Part shown: one piece after another, positions 12,610 to 25,200 of the stretch | Numbering within the stretch: the first letter of the stretch is position 1 | Layout: each line of letters begins with the position of its first letter | The notes under the pieces: model-generated | What the model saw: the letters and a program-made list of their open reading frames with translations, nothing else | What the model was told of the DNA's origin: nothing | The model's database searches: none | Assembly: GCA_036172245.1 (NCBI GenBank) | Contig: JAYWIR010000049.1 | Coordinates: forward strand, 186,001 to 250,000 | DNA length: 64,000 bases | Origin: Raillietiella orientalis | Lineage: Eukaryota | Direction of reading: 5' to 3' | Program-made: the position numbers and the translations under genes

Positions 12610-13844
12610 CTGCACGGGAAAGACAACAACAGAACGACGGGCAAACACGAACTGGAAGAATAGGGAGGGGGAGGATGCGGAAAACGGTTCGCCGCATCTT
12701 CGAGGGAACGCCCGCTCCACAGCGCGCGCGCGCATCTCGGGCCAGGGGCTAGCGCCTGCCCGAGAATGAAGGGTATTATGAAGGGCATTCCATTCGTGTT
12801 CGGGATTTCATGTACACCCTGCGCGAAGGATCAAAACCTCATTGGAAGGAATTGGAGTCCTCCTGCAGGCTGAGATCGGCCACCGAAGAGAACTGAAAAT
12901 GATATCCGCGCTTGGGAGCTGCGTGGACACTTCGCGAGCGCCAGGGCCCTGCCGCGAGTTCGAATACCCGCAAAGGGTGGACGCCGGGTTGATTTCGAGT
13001 CAGTCCGCGAGATGACGCTGAGAACCGGACCCAGGCTTCGCACTTGCACCGGCAGAACACGAGAAGGTAGTGGCGCCGCGGTCATGGTGGTGGGCCGGGA
13101 AGGGGCTGGTGGTCGTCGAGGAAGGGATGGGGGAGAATCGGAGGCTGAGTGGGAGGGACAGGGAAGAAGCTCCTTGGGGACTGCCAAAGAAGCAGTTCGT
13201 GGCGCCTCCGCGCCTCCTTCAGCCCTCAAGACCACGTCTAGTCTCCTCGCAGGTGAGCAGTTACCTGATCCTCCTCGCCTGGACAGCACGTCCGTCCTCC
13301 CCCCCTCTTTGCCTCGCTTCGACTATCCGACATATCAGACGCGCTTCTTGCAGCGGCTTTCGCAGCGCAAAGGATCTTCCGACTTCGCAGCGGAATTCAG
13401 GCGATCCTTCTGCCAGGGACCGGGACGTGTAGGCTGAGCTCAAGCACGACCGAAAAAAGTTGGGATGCGAGGGAGAGGAGAGAGAGAGAGGGATGGAGTC
13501 CTTGGGCTCGCATGCCCCGGCGGAAGGCAAGACAGAAGAAGGTACGTGAATCTCACCGCCCTCGGCTAGCCTCCGCGTCGTCGGCGCAAGAGAGGAACGA
13601 CTGTCGGGATGAACAAGGCAGGTCCATCCGCTCCTGCCTCGTACCCGGGGCCGCTTCCCTTCCGAGCTCCTCCTCACCGATGGCTCAGGAGGGTCCGCAG
13701 GGGGTTCCGAACGCCGCACGGCTTGCGTGCGTGACTGCAGGAGGGATTTGGCATCCCTACGGCCGTCGCAGTCGAAGGCAGCGGCCGAAACTTCCTCCTC
13801 AGAGTTTCTGGCTTCGAAAACACCGAGGAAAGAACCTCTCGTTA

Positions 13845-15260
13845 GGAATGGTGGTAGCGAGGATGGCGGTGGCAACCATGGGGACGCCATCGATGATCGC
13901 AGCGATGTTATGAATAGCGACAGCGACTGCAGCAATCATAAGAATAATAACGGTGATGGAAGTAACAGCAAAGATAATCGAAACAGTAATGGCAGTGGTA
14001 ATAATGGCGAAAGTGTCATCCGGAATAGTGAAAGCGATAAGTAATAATAGCAGCAGTAATAGTAATGGTGGTTTTAGCATTAATCACGAAAGCTATGGCA
14101 GTGATGGGGACCACGAAAATAATAGCACGAACAATCCTGCTCACAGTGACAGTATTGGAACAATAACGCTAGTAATAGTAACAACAATGGCACTCAAAGT
14201 TTCAATAACTGCAATAAGGACAACAAGAACGCTAGTAGTAGTAATCACAATAATAGTAGCAATACAGATAATAAAAGCAGAGATGTCACGAAAATTCAGA
14301 TTAATAAGAATACAGTGGTAATAAAAGTAGTAGCAATAAAGACAATGATCCTATTAATAATAACATGTCCAGTTGTAACACTCACAACAGTAATTACAAT
14401 TGTAGTGATAATAGTAATAATGATTGGAGGGATAAAAACAATAGTAAGAATAGCGGTATTGTGATAATAGTAGCCATAGAATTGCCAGTAGCAATGATGG
14501 TGATAATATTCACAATAACAGTGCTGGAAGTGATAAGTGATACTAGTGGTAATAGTAATAACAATAATATGAGGAAATAATGGAATCAGAGATAATAGCA
14601 GCGACAGCAACATTGACAATTGTAACCATAGCAGCAATGATAATAGTGACCATAATCATAAAAGTGATGAGACAGTGATGGCAGTGATAGTGGCCGTAAC
14701 ATTAGTAAAATCGAGAGCGGTAACAATAATAATATTATTGATATTAACTATAGTCTCAATGATAATAGTTCCGACGTGGGCAGCAATTGCAATTCTAATG
14801 ATCATATTGGAGCTAAAAGCGGTAATAATAGTAATAACAGTAGCAAGAGTAATAATAATGATGGTTGACAGTAGCAACAGAAATAATAATAACAATATAG
14901 TGATAATGGTAGTAGTAACGAAAGTAACAGTAACAATAGTGATGATGATGATGATGATAAGGGCAACAGCAATAATAATAACAGTTACGACAGCAAGAAC
15001 GGTGGCATAGAGACAATAGCAATCAGAAAAATGATAGGGATAATAAGGACAGTAGTGGTAGTAACATAAAAGTGTCAGTGGCTGTGACTGATAGCAGTGA
15101 TAGTAGAAGCAACAATAATAATAGTGACGATAGGGACCACAGTAATTTCACAGTAGTCACCGTAGTAGTGATAGTGACAATACCAAACATAGTCATAATA
15201 GTGCCAATAGTAATAATAGACATAACGATAATAGTGACAAGAGGAGTAACAATAGTGTTA
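13845..15260. repeat. Cryptic trinucleotide low-complexity tract, intronic
   Basis: Same composition as 9960-11720, and its first ~300 nt are homologous to 9960-10280. Confidence 0.9.
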
Positions 15261-15399
15261 ATTTACTGTTCCTGCAGCCTTTCGGTTTTCTATCCTTCTG
15301 TGCGATCTTCCTGTCTAAGAATCAGTCAGCGATTCAAACTCCCGTGACGTCCTCCTGACAGTGGTACACACCTTCTTCTGTGCAAGTACCCCTCCCTAG

Positions 15400-16260
15400 T
15401 ACGGATGACATGTCAGGTAACCCATCTCCTAAGAAGGACGCTGGGCGCCTCTTCCCGTGTAGGGAGCAACCCTCTCGAAACCGAGGCAGGGATCAAACTG
15501 CCCGCTCTGTACCAACGACGGGAGCCTTCAAGTCCGAGGGAAACGGGAAACCGAACCCGAGCCATCGGTCGGAAGCCGCCGACGCCGACGCTGCCAGGAA
15601 GCGAACAACGGCGCCCAATTTCTCGACATCCACGTTTCTCGGGAGCTCCAGGGGAGTTCATGTGCAGACTCTCTCCCTGTGCTCAGAAGGATGCTGCTTG
15701 GGGACACTGGAGAGGTGAGCTCAAGGGGAAGGGAAGGAGCACTGGACGGAGACGCATCCTGCGCAAAACCGACGCGCGTATGAGCTGGTGCGAGCCAAAG
15801 CACTGAAATGGACCGCAGAAAGACAACTGATCTGAAAATAGTTCCCGAATGACAGTAACGCCATCTTCCGAACGCCCGCTGGCTAAGAGAAAAGATCCCA
15901 TCTCAACCAAGCAGGAAAGTTCGTTTTCGGCACACCTGGAAACACCGTGGCTGAAAATCCGGTTGACGGGTGGTTCCCTCGCCAGGAGCAGAGCAGGTGA
16001 TAGTGATCTCATATGAAAGTAGGTACAGGCCGCCCTTCCCTCCTTCCCGAAACCTGGAGGAAGAGGCTGGCAGGGAAGCTTGGCGGCGACCGCACCAGAG
16101 GATACTTCCATCCCCGGCTATCAAGGTGTGATGCATCCAGCGGCTGCAGAATCTGGTTCCTGCTGGCAACGAGCCTGAGGACGGGGAGATAGATCGGGTG
16201 CATCAGCATAACTGTCAAGGAATCGATGCAGGAGTAGGCAGACATCTCGAATTCTTGCGT
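15400..16260 (-). mobile_element. Decayed non-LTR reverse transcriptase fragment
   Basis: Remnants in correct order: IDS(D..KAFD-like), LPVLRLV, GRREGRPVP (GxRQGxP-like), PVNRIFS, LIRASVL, LPWSS..WAPL and GGFR (GGLG-like). Confidence 0.5.
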
Positions 16261-16499
16261 AGAAAGCAGGGAACAACGAGGCGATTGCTTTCAGTGCCCT
16301 CCCATGTCTGCAAGATGCCTATTTCTAGTCTTCCGTGTGTACCCATGGAAGAGTCAGAATGCATTGCGTCCGGCGTGCACACTTTTCAAGCAAGTAAGCT
16401 TGGCACCCCTGCGAAACCACTGTTGCTCAAGAAAGCACTGCACCGGTAAAAATAAGATAAAATAAAAAAGAAGAATTGCTTTAGAGACTCGAATCAGGG

Positions 16500-16900
16500 T
16501 CTCAGGGTGAGCGTGAACTGCAGCGGGTTCGGATCAGCTTCCATTCGCATCTGTAGGCGCACGCCACGATATGCGCCAAGTACCTGTTTTTCTCTGGCGC
16601 ACACCTTCCTCGTGGCTGCCCTCTTGCGTGAGCTGATTAAAGAAGAAAAGGGACTATGGCTGACTAGAATGCAAAGAAGGAAAACTCGCCGAAGCACTGG
16701 ATGCCGAGCGATGCACCACCATGCGCCCAGAAAGCTCAGGGCAAAAGTTCCGCTGCCCCCTCTGCTTGGTTCTGTCCGTCTGGGAGAGAATCCTCTTTAC
16801 CAGGAGGATTCCTCAGGACCAGCATGGGGGGATCTGCGGAACCGCTGCAGCTCAAAGTTCGCCCAACTCTGGCACCAAGAGTGCCCAGTGTGATGAGAGC
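16500..16900 (+). mobile_element. Non-LTR ORF2 extreme C-terminus fragment
   Basis: KGLWLTR and KFAQLW, typical of Tx1/L1 ORF2 C-termini. Confidence 0.4.
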
Positions 16901-19099
16901 CTTTTCTTTGTCGAAATGAACCAGGTCAGGGAGAGCGATGAAAAGAATCAAGTATAGGAGATTGTCTTTTCATGAAAACGATCCCCAGGTCCAAATTTTT
17001 TGCACGTTAAAGTGGACCCGAATACCGTACGTTTTTCTGATTGTATCCATAATTATTTGAAAGAATGCATGCACTCACCGAAGATGATGATTCTCTCTTC
17101 ATTAGAGACACCGTGTAATAAGAAAAACAAAAAAAATCACGGAATTAAGCGTGTACAAAGGATCGGAGGCGAGAAATGGAGGGGAATGGGGTTCATATCA
17201 TCATCCTAGGCCAATGGCAGGGACCTTTGCATGAGGTCGCTACTTGCCTTTTGAAAAACAAAAACAAAACAAGCTGTCGGACGCAGCACCGGTCCGCGTT
17301 TGCTGCGTTTGGATCTTAGCTCTTTGAAGCTTTGCGCACGGACAGTATCATAGCCAAGGATGTTTGCAGAGGCGTGATCATTGCTGGTTGCAAACTCTTT
17401 GAAGCTCCAGCCACATTTGTCCTTCCAAATTCCCGAAACCCGCTCAACTACCTACAGATCGGGAATTCTCAGTCAGCTAAAGGAAAGATACGTTTTTTTT
17501 TTGGATGGAACAGCCCAGCTTCTTTGCCCGGAGGAATGAGGAATCGAATCATCACGGCTTGATGGACCAACCAAAAGCACTGTCACAATGTTCTTCATTA
17601 TTTCATCGGAATGCGCGCCGCGCCTCAGATTTCGAAATGCTTTGGAATCGCGAGAAAGAGCATGAGCAGGGGCTTGTTGCTTCCCACGGCAAACGGGATG
17701 GAGCAAGCGCTCCACTCGGGTCGCGGACGGGACCTCTGAGAGCGGTAGCAACGGCTGACCCCTAGCGGAAAAACGAAACTGGTGATTCCGCAATTCGACG
17801 AGGACGGAGACAAGGAGGGGTTCCTCTTCCGCTGCCTGAGATAAAGCTCTTCCCTTCCTGCTTCGCGCAACCACCCACCCCTTCTCCGGTTCCTCGCTGC
17901 CGCCACTTCTGCCTTCTTCGAAGGGAGGCTCTCTTCCCCTCGATTTGACAGTTCCGCTCATAACTACAGGGGCACACACGCATTGACTGTCCTTTCTGGT
18001 GACTGCTTCATCAGTCAACAGAAGCTCGGAGAAGAGGATCAGAGGCGTTTCTCTTCTTTCCAACAATCAACAGAAGCTTTCCCTCCATCAGAACCCTTCG
18101 AAGAACAGATTCGGATGTGAAATGGCCTGGGAATGTTCCCCCCACTCCCAGCTTTTTTCCTCCGCGATGCCAGGGATGAGGATGTTTGTCGAAAGACCTA
18201 GGAGATGAGCGACTCCTCCGGCAGGACTTCTTTTCCCGGGGCTGAGACATCTCGGAACGCGGACGAACGGATCCGAAAAGATGCGAAGCTTCCGGAAACC
18301 AGGAATTCCATGCTTTTCGCATTCGCTGCTCTTTCGACAGCGCCTCGCCTTTTCGAAAGGAAAAACCACGTTGGCTGGCTTTGAGTTTCCCGGGTGGACA
18401 GCGACTCTAGGGCGCGACCGGCCCCGAACGTTTGCTTAATCCGATACCTCCCTTCCCCCTAATTATGGGCAAAATCAAAACGGACAGGCAAAAAAGAAAA
18501 ATATGTGCAAAAGGAAGAGGTAGATGAAGCAGAAGAACAAAAAAGACACGACGGTCGCACACCGGGACAGATTCTGCGGAAGAAAGAAACCGCGCATTTC
18601 AAAAAAAGGACATGGTGTCGAGTCGCATGCGGCTCCATGGCAACAACGCATGGGGAAGCGCTCAATGCAGGCGAGTTGTCGCCACTGGGAGAAGAGGGAG
18701 GGTGACAGCTGCGATCGGCTGAGGGGCAGCGTCGAAACTGCCGCGTAAGATGGCTGCTGTGATAACCGGGAGTCTCAGGCCGGCCGCTGATCCTCGCAGC
18801 GCCTGCGACTGCCCCGTGCCAGCCCCTCATGCCTTCAGTCGAAGAACCACCGGCGGCTGGTCGCGGTCAAGAGATCTATACCGATCTGAGCTGGACGCGC
18901 TCTCCCTGCGCGCATGATTGATGATGTGGAAAGCGGGTTGTTTACCTTTTCAGACCTCCCGGTTGAGGGTCCGCAGAGCACCAGAGCGAAATGCTGCCGA
19001 CCACGAGGTGCAACCGGCTGTGGCTTCGAGACTGGCCTCCCGGGGAGAACCCTCGGCACGAGGAGGTTACGCACGTCACACCTTCGAAGGAGATGGCCA

Positions 19100-19900
19100 C
19101 CAGGACTCTGCCGTTTCCTATTCGCGCGCGCTTCCTGCGGACCGTCCTGTGGCCTCCTATCGACTGAGCGGACTAGGGAGACTGGAAATCTTCCTCTTCT
19201 TCTCCGTGCAGCTCCGCACCGAGAGGATTCGCTTCGCGGGGAGAGACACTCCCGGAAGAAGGAGGTGCTCTCTTCCTTCCCTGCGAACTCGTTTAGGGTT
19301 TTCCCAACCGTTGGCAAAAAAAATTCCCACGTCCGTTCCCCGAAAGGAGAAGCAGGTCGAGAATCTGGCAACCCGATCCACCGAAGGCCCGCTCCGGGGA
19401 GAAAACACCGTCGGCAATACCCCCGTCGTCGTCGCCCATTCAGGAGGGCGGGGGAGCGCCCCTGTGATGCGTTGGCGAGAGCGGGCAAGTCGGTCCAGCG
19501 GTTGAACTTTCCGCAGCTCCGGTCACGTGAGCATGTTCAGAGGAGCGCATGCGGGTCGCCAGGGAACATGAGAGCAACAATGGAGGAAACTTCGCCCTCT
19601 ATTGTTGCGCTCTCGTTTTCTATTGGATTCGTCCTCAGGCCCGAACGGCCCCCCGTTCGGGAAGCCAGTCGGCCTAGCGGAAGGCAGCCATTCGTTCCTC
19701 CCGCCGTTCGTTGACCTACTCCGAGCTGTTGTTCTCCCGAGAAACGCAGGCGAGCTGGTCGGTTATGGGGTGCACCACATCTATTCGCAGATTCACAGGG
19801 TGAAAGATGCCTCAGAGAATTCTCCTTTGTTCCCGGAACCTCCTCCAGGTGGGAAACGCCGGATTCGCGGCTGGAAGGAAATTGCTAAAAGAGCGCGGAG
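19100..19900 (-). mobile_element. Decayed non-LTR endonuclease/linker fragment
   Basis: SPTHHR (SDH-like), RRRGYCR (RGxGYWK-like) and TWEFF, similar to 48150-48350. Confidence 0.4.
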
Positions 19901-22899
19901 GAGCGCGGAACTCCGTAATGGGAAGCCGTGACGAGAAAAGCGACCTTACTCCTTTAAGAAACCGGGTTACGGAGTACGTTTATTCGGATTAAGAAAACAC
20001 ACCGTCATTGCCTTTGAGGAACCACTCAGGGTGCGCCGATACGCTGGCCGGCGGTTGAGAGGGAAGCATGTTCGGTATACGCGGGGGCTGAAGTGGAACT
20101 GGGGGATGAAAAATAAATAAATAAATATGTACGCGGCATGGAGAAACACCGGCCTTAAACCCCAGTGCAGGAACAACGCGCTACCATGTGGAAGCGACTG
20201 TTGGGAAAGCTGACTTTCCTTTTGGAGGGAGAGGCGAGGAAAGTTGGCTCACCGGGAAACCGCTGATTCTCATGGAGACTGCGACGAAAGGAAACGCAGA
20301 GCTCTACATGAAGGAGTCCCGTCCAGAATCCCCACCCCGGAACTCTGCAATCCAGGCTGAGGAACGCGGCTCGACCGCGAGGGACGATGGACTCTTCCTT
20401 GCAGCTGAGAAGGCGCGGTCATTCCAGAGTCCTTCTCGCTTTCCGGCCTGTCGAGGCGCCTGGCTGCAGCGTGAAGGCAGAGAGAGTCCACCGTTTCTCG
20501 GCGTTGGCACCATCAGTGCACGAAACATCTGCAGGCCTCCGTCGAAGAAATGCTGACCTGAACACCCCGACGGAAAGGAGAACGCAGAAAGCTCTCAGAA
20601 ATCAGAACCGGGCACGACGGGTGACTTCTTGTCAACGGAAGGGTTCTCTTCTCATCGGTTCGAACTGCCTTCGAAACGACTGCCGTCGCTCCAAAGGTCA
20701 TCACTCTGCCGGATACCCGGAAGAGTGGCAGGCAACCTGCCTGGAGATCAGCAGCTCCGACGGAAGCGAGTCTTTCCTGGGCAGGCAATCCCGAGCGCGC
20801 ACGGGGCTGTGTGAGAACCCTCTCTCGGCTGACTTCCGACGATCAGGTTTCCTCTCAACAACCCTGGCAGCGGCAACGCGAACAGGAAGCCAGCCCCAAG
20901 GATCCGCTTCCACGGGTTCTCTGCACGGTGGGAAATCCTCGCGTGTCCCCAGGAGAAGTGCCGCCCGAACGCCTCGGACGGGGCGTGCATGCAGGCCGCC
21001 GTCGAGCGCCTAGAGGCGGGTTCGAGTCCCGGCAGCAGCGGCGGAACTGCTCCTGGCGGGAACACACGCTGAAATTCCGGAAACGCACGACCGACTTGCC
21101 GCTTTGGGGGGCAGGAGGCATTAGGGACCTATCGTTTTCTTTTCTTTTGCGTCTCCTTCACGATGGTGATTCTCGATGGTGACTTCGCGAATGTTCCGTA
21201 CCGGACCACTCGCAGAATGCCGGAGAGGATGCCAAGCAGTCGAGTCAGACCTTCGTGAAAGAGCTGGTGCTAACCGCGCCGACTGCTAACTTCGGAGAGA
21301 ACAGGGCGTCATCTTCATCGCCATTCTCTTGTTCATCCGTTCTCATCCTCATCGTGCTCATCTTTATTCTCTTCCACCTTCCTGTGTCCCGGTTTCTCCT
21401 CACATTCACCTGTCGTCGTCTTCATCACTGTTTTCTCTGATACAACCTTAGCAAGAATCCAAAACGAATCCGAAGTATCTTTGTCAAGGCTATCTGCATT
21501 TTATCTCTCCTGTTATCTCGATGCCGGGGCATCTTTGGAAGTCGAAACACACCTTATGGAGGAAGGTGATTGGAGGCAGCAGCGCAGCGCGCCTTGCACC
21601 GAAGGTTCTGTAGTTCCCGTTCCTTGGAGGGGACGGAAGAGTCCAGACTGACGCAGTTGAGGGGACTGGCTGGAACGGAAGGGCTGCCCCGCTGCAGGTC
21701 CGGAATTATTCCACGCGCGCAGGCCCGCGTTTCAGGGCGTGGCCGTTCCTCCGTACGCCTCCGGCTAGCCGGCGCGACCACCGATTGCGCCACCTCCGAC
21801 GTGCGGTCGTGACCGCCACCAGCATGCCCGAAGACTCGCATGCAATGGGGGAGGGACGGGGGGAGCGCAGCGCCTGGATGACGTGAGCACTAGACCGACT
21901 GCTCCTGCTGCGTGCTCGAGGGGCCGGGTTTCACCCGCCGCGGTGACCAACCGCTGCTGTGATGATGACCTTCCCACTCGAACCGGCTTCCTGTCGGTGC
22001 GAAGCGAAGTGCGCGCATGCAACTTCAAGACCGAGCCGCGGAGATTCGCAGCAGTCGCACGCGCACCCCTGACGGGAGCTAGACCTCCCTTGATCCGGTC
22101 AGGTGATTGCCGCCTGCGGCAGCAGTATGCTCTCGGCGCGCTGACCCACCCCGGGGTGCCGACACGGGTCAGACGCTCTCGCGTGAGGAGAGCGTGGGGC
22201 CTTCCTGCTCACGGAGGAGCACGCGCGTCTCTTCCTCCCGTCTTCCCCCTATGCCTCCCCCCCTTGTCGCTGGATGGGAGGGCACCTCGTCATCCATGAC
22301 ACCGACCCTGTTCCCTGTCCCTCAACGATGAAATTACGTCCGGAATGCATAAATCGGAAATGACTGACGCTCGAGCGCCTTCCCAATTCGATTCCTCCAC
22401 TACGGAACATCATTTTCAGAATGGTGGAGGAAAAGAGCCACTTGCCCTGAGAGCAGAGAAAAGGGGGACATGGAGCCCTTCATAATCACAAGCGCCTTAT
22501 TAGGGCGGGGGAGTGGATAAAAATCCCTCTCCGGAAAATCATGTTCAATTAGGATTGAAAAAAGTGGCCCCAAGACTGCCCTAAGACTCGCAAGCTTTGG
22601 GGGTGGGGGGGAAGGCAGCGCCTACGTGCCGCGCAGATTTGACAGGATGCCTCAATAGAGTTTTTTTTTTTTTTATCGACCCCGGAGGGCCGACGCGGAA
22701 CTAGCAGTTGTCTGACTTTCATGGATCGTGGATTTTCGCACAAGGTCAATGGCAGGAAGACGCCGGAGCTCGCAAGCAAAGTCAACAGAAAAGCACGTAT
22801 GCGTTCCTCAACGAAAATCGAGAGAAGAAAGGGCAATGTTGAGGCGAAGAAAGCTGTTGAGTGCCATTTTGCGTGTCCATGCTTCCCACTGTAAGTGCA

Positions 22900-23230
22900 A
22901 TGCTAAAGGATGTGGAGGGAAAGAAAAGGCATAAAAAGGGAAGGAAAGGGAAGGATGAAATCTCTTCCTGACGATCCGAACAAGGGCATGCCGTTAGAAA
23001 AGGCGGAGTCTTCCTTCAAGAGTCGCTGGATATGGATGGGCAAAGCAGGTCTCCTATAAGTCAAGGAGCGCGTCTCCTGCAAAATCCAAAATACAATTTC
23101 ACGAGGGCCTGAGAATGCAGATGACTCGGCAGCGTCGAGGTGGCTTGCCCACCGCCTCTGCCAAAAGCTCAAATTTGCCGAAAAGACTCAGGGGAAGGTT
23201 GGGCAGATGTCATCAGAGCGAGCAAGTCTA
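22900..23230 (-). mobile_element. APE endonuclease N-terminal fragment of a non-LTR element
   Basis: IVFWILQETR (23085-23068) is the conserved LQET motif. Confidence 0.5.
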
Positions 23231-24299
23231 GATGATGAGAGAAACGAGATTAGCAGGTGCTTTCGGAGCGATTTCGCGCCCGATGGGGTGTCTTTCTGGA
23301 GGATTGCGAAATCTTCAGTTTGATGGAAGACGACGGCGTCATGCTGGATGTCCGCTGACGCGTGGCACTTCCTCGTACGCAGGCCTACTCTGGTTTCCGG
23401 TCCCTCGCCCCCCCCGTTATAATTCCCCTTTCATGCCACGACTTTCATAATTGTGAATTTTCGCCTGCCATTGCCTAAATGGCGAAATGTCACTGAGGAC
23501 GAGATAGCATTCTGGAGAAGTGGATCCACGTATGGATTTCCCGAATTACACATAGATGCCACCATACCATCGTGTCACATCCTCAACCGCAAAGATCTTA
23601 CAAACCCATGTCTGCACGCTCCTTGAAGGCATCAAACTCGCCAGAGTGCGAGATTTCCCACGCTCACGAGAGCCGGTTGATTTCACCCCTTCATACTGCG
23701 TCTATGACCACACCCACGTCCCAACCCAGAAAACCGATGACCGATGCTTCCAGCCCGAGAACCGCAGATCATACGTTCGGGCTTTTCTCTTTAAGACTTT
23801 CTTCCTATCCCGTGTGTTTAGTAGCACTCCGTGACTAATGTACATGTCACTGCCAAAGATGCTGCATTACTTTCGTGGAGTTCACTGAGGAAATTTCACA
23901 AAAATCAAAGTGAATTTGTGCACTCACCGCCAACTCCTAATCTTATGGACACAAAATCCACACTAATTTTATCCACAAATAAATTTGCCAAAACTATCGA
24001 AGCTTAGCAGCGGGACAGACTTGAACACAAAGATAAAGAGTGCAAGTACCATAATAAGAAACTGCAATAATCACAAAATACAACATTGCTGCTATTATAG
24101 GCGTAATATGGATTCGTAGTGCCACACATTACAAGTACGTGTATGTACACATCGAGGTCCCAAAGTATTGGGGCTAAGATCATTAAAAAAATAAAAACAC
24201 GGAAAAATTTCTTTTTACATTTTATTTAGTGAAAACAGGACCCATCTGACTCTGTACACTGCTTGGCGCAAGATGCCAACTTCTGCGTGGCACTGACGT

Positions 24300-25200
24300 A
24301 GTACTTTGCACAGGGATGACCTTAGAACGTTCTGTTAAGCCTACCCGAATGTCGTTGATGGGGTCAATCGGGACAGTTTCCACTTCGTTTTGGGTGTATG
24401 GGAAATAGGAGGAGACAAATCCGGCTAGAGCGGGGTGGTGGTCCAGCGTCTAGTTCTGTTTCCGTGCTCAAATCTTGAGGGTTCCCCCTACCGAGTGAGC
24501 AGTGCAGAAGGGAAAGGTGCGGAGCAGAGCGGGGCGTCGAATGACTGGAACGAATGGGTCCAACGCACCTTCTTGACATCCCACGTCAGCTGCACAGCAC
24601 TCCTTCACGAACTCTCGACGCACCGCTCCCTGGTTACCGAAGAAAACGGTCCCCTTGACTATGGGCTTCCGGAAGCGTCGCTTTTCCTCGGCCGCGGAGG
24701 ATCTTCGCCGACCCACCCCGAACTCAGGCGCGCTCTGGTTTCCGGATCGTGCGCGATAAACACCACCTCACATCACCTCAAGGTGATCTTGTCGGGAAAG
24801 GCTTTTGCTCCTTTTGATCACGTCCAGCGGCGGCGTCCTTCCTTGACGTCGTCCATCTCGAAATTTTGACGGAAGATAAAAACGCAAGTTGTGAGAAACG
24901 CCTTTTCTTGACAATCAACCAAACACTCAGTCAAGCCGCTTTGTGTACTGTTTGAGGAAGATCAATGGTACAAGGTCCCCTTGCGCGCCGACACATGGCG
25001 TGACCAGTGCGGCCGTAAAAAAATTTAGCCTCCAAACTTGCGGACCGCACTGTGTACACGTGTTCACTCTTACAACGTATTTGAAAAATTCCAAGGGTAG
25101 AATGGCTTGAATTGCTTTGAAAACTTTTCAAAACCCGGATGGTTGCTCAAAATGAATTTGAAACGGTTGTAAATTCGTTTTCACAAGCGTGATGGTGGAA
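24300..25200 (-). mobile_element. Decayed ORF1-like fragment, related to 1750-2150
   Basis: GRRRW..FPDKITL..VVF resembles the pre-knuckle ORF1 segment. The blocks tacaaggtcccctt and ccggatggtt are shared with 2019-2100. Confidence 0.3.

Noticed and set aside
13261..13420. EVGRSFA (and REIGRR at ~15620) resembling the SLC4 HEIGRS motif
   Set aside because: The flanking residues do not match the domain, and the 15.6-kb instance lies inside an RT-thumb relic.
9848..15347. Many hydrophobic (I/V/L/T-rich) or N/S-rich ORFs resembling membrane or mucin-like proteins
   Set aside because: They appear in several frames on both strands because of the triplet low-complexity composition. They lie in SLC4 introns and are broken by stops.
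17960..18066. RETPLILFSELLLTDE resembling the band-3 cytosolic LFxEL motif
   Set aside because: It is not followed by WKETARW, has no good splice sites, and sits in a LINE linker-like relic.
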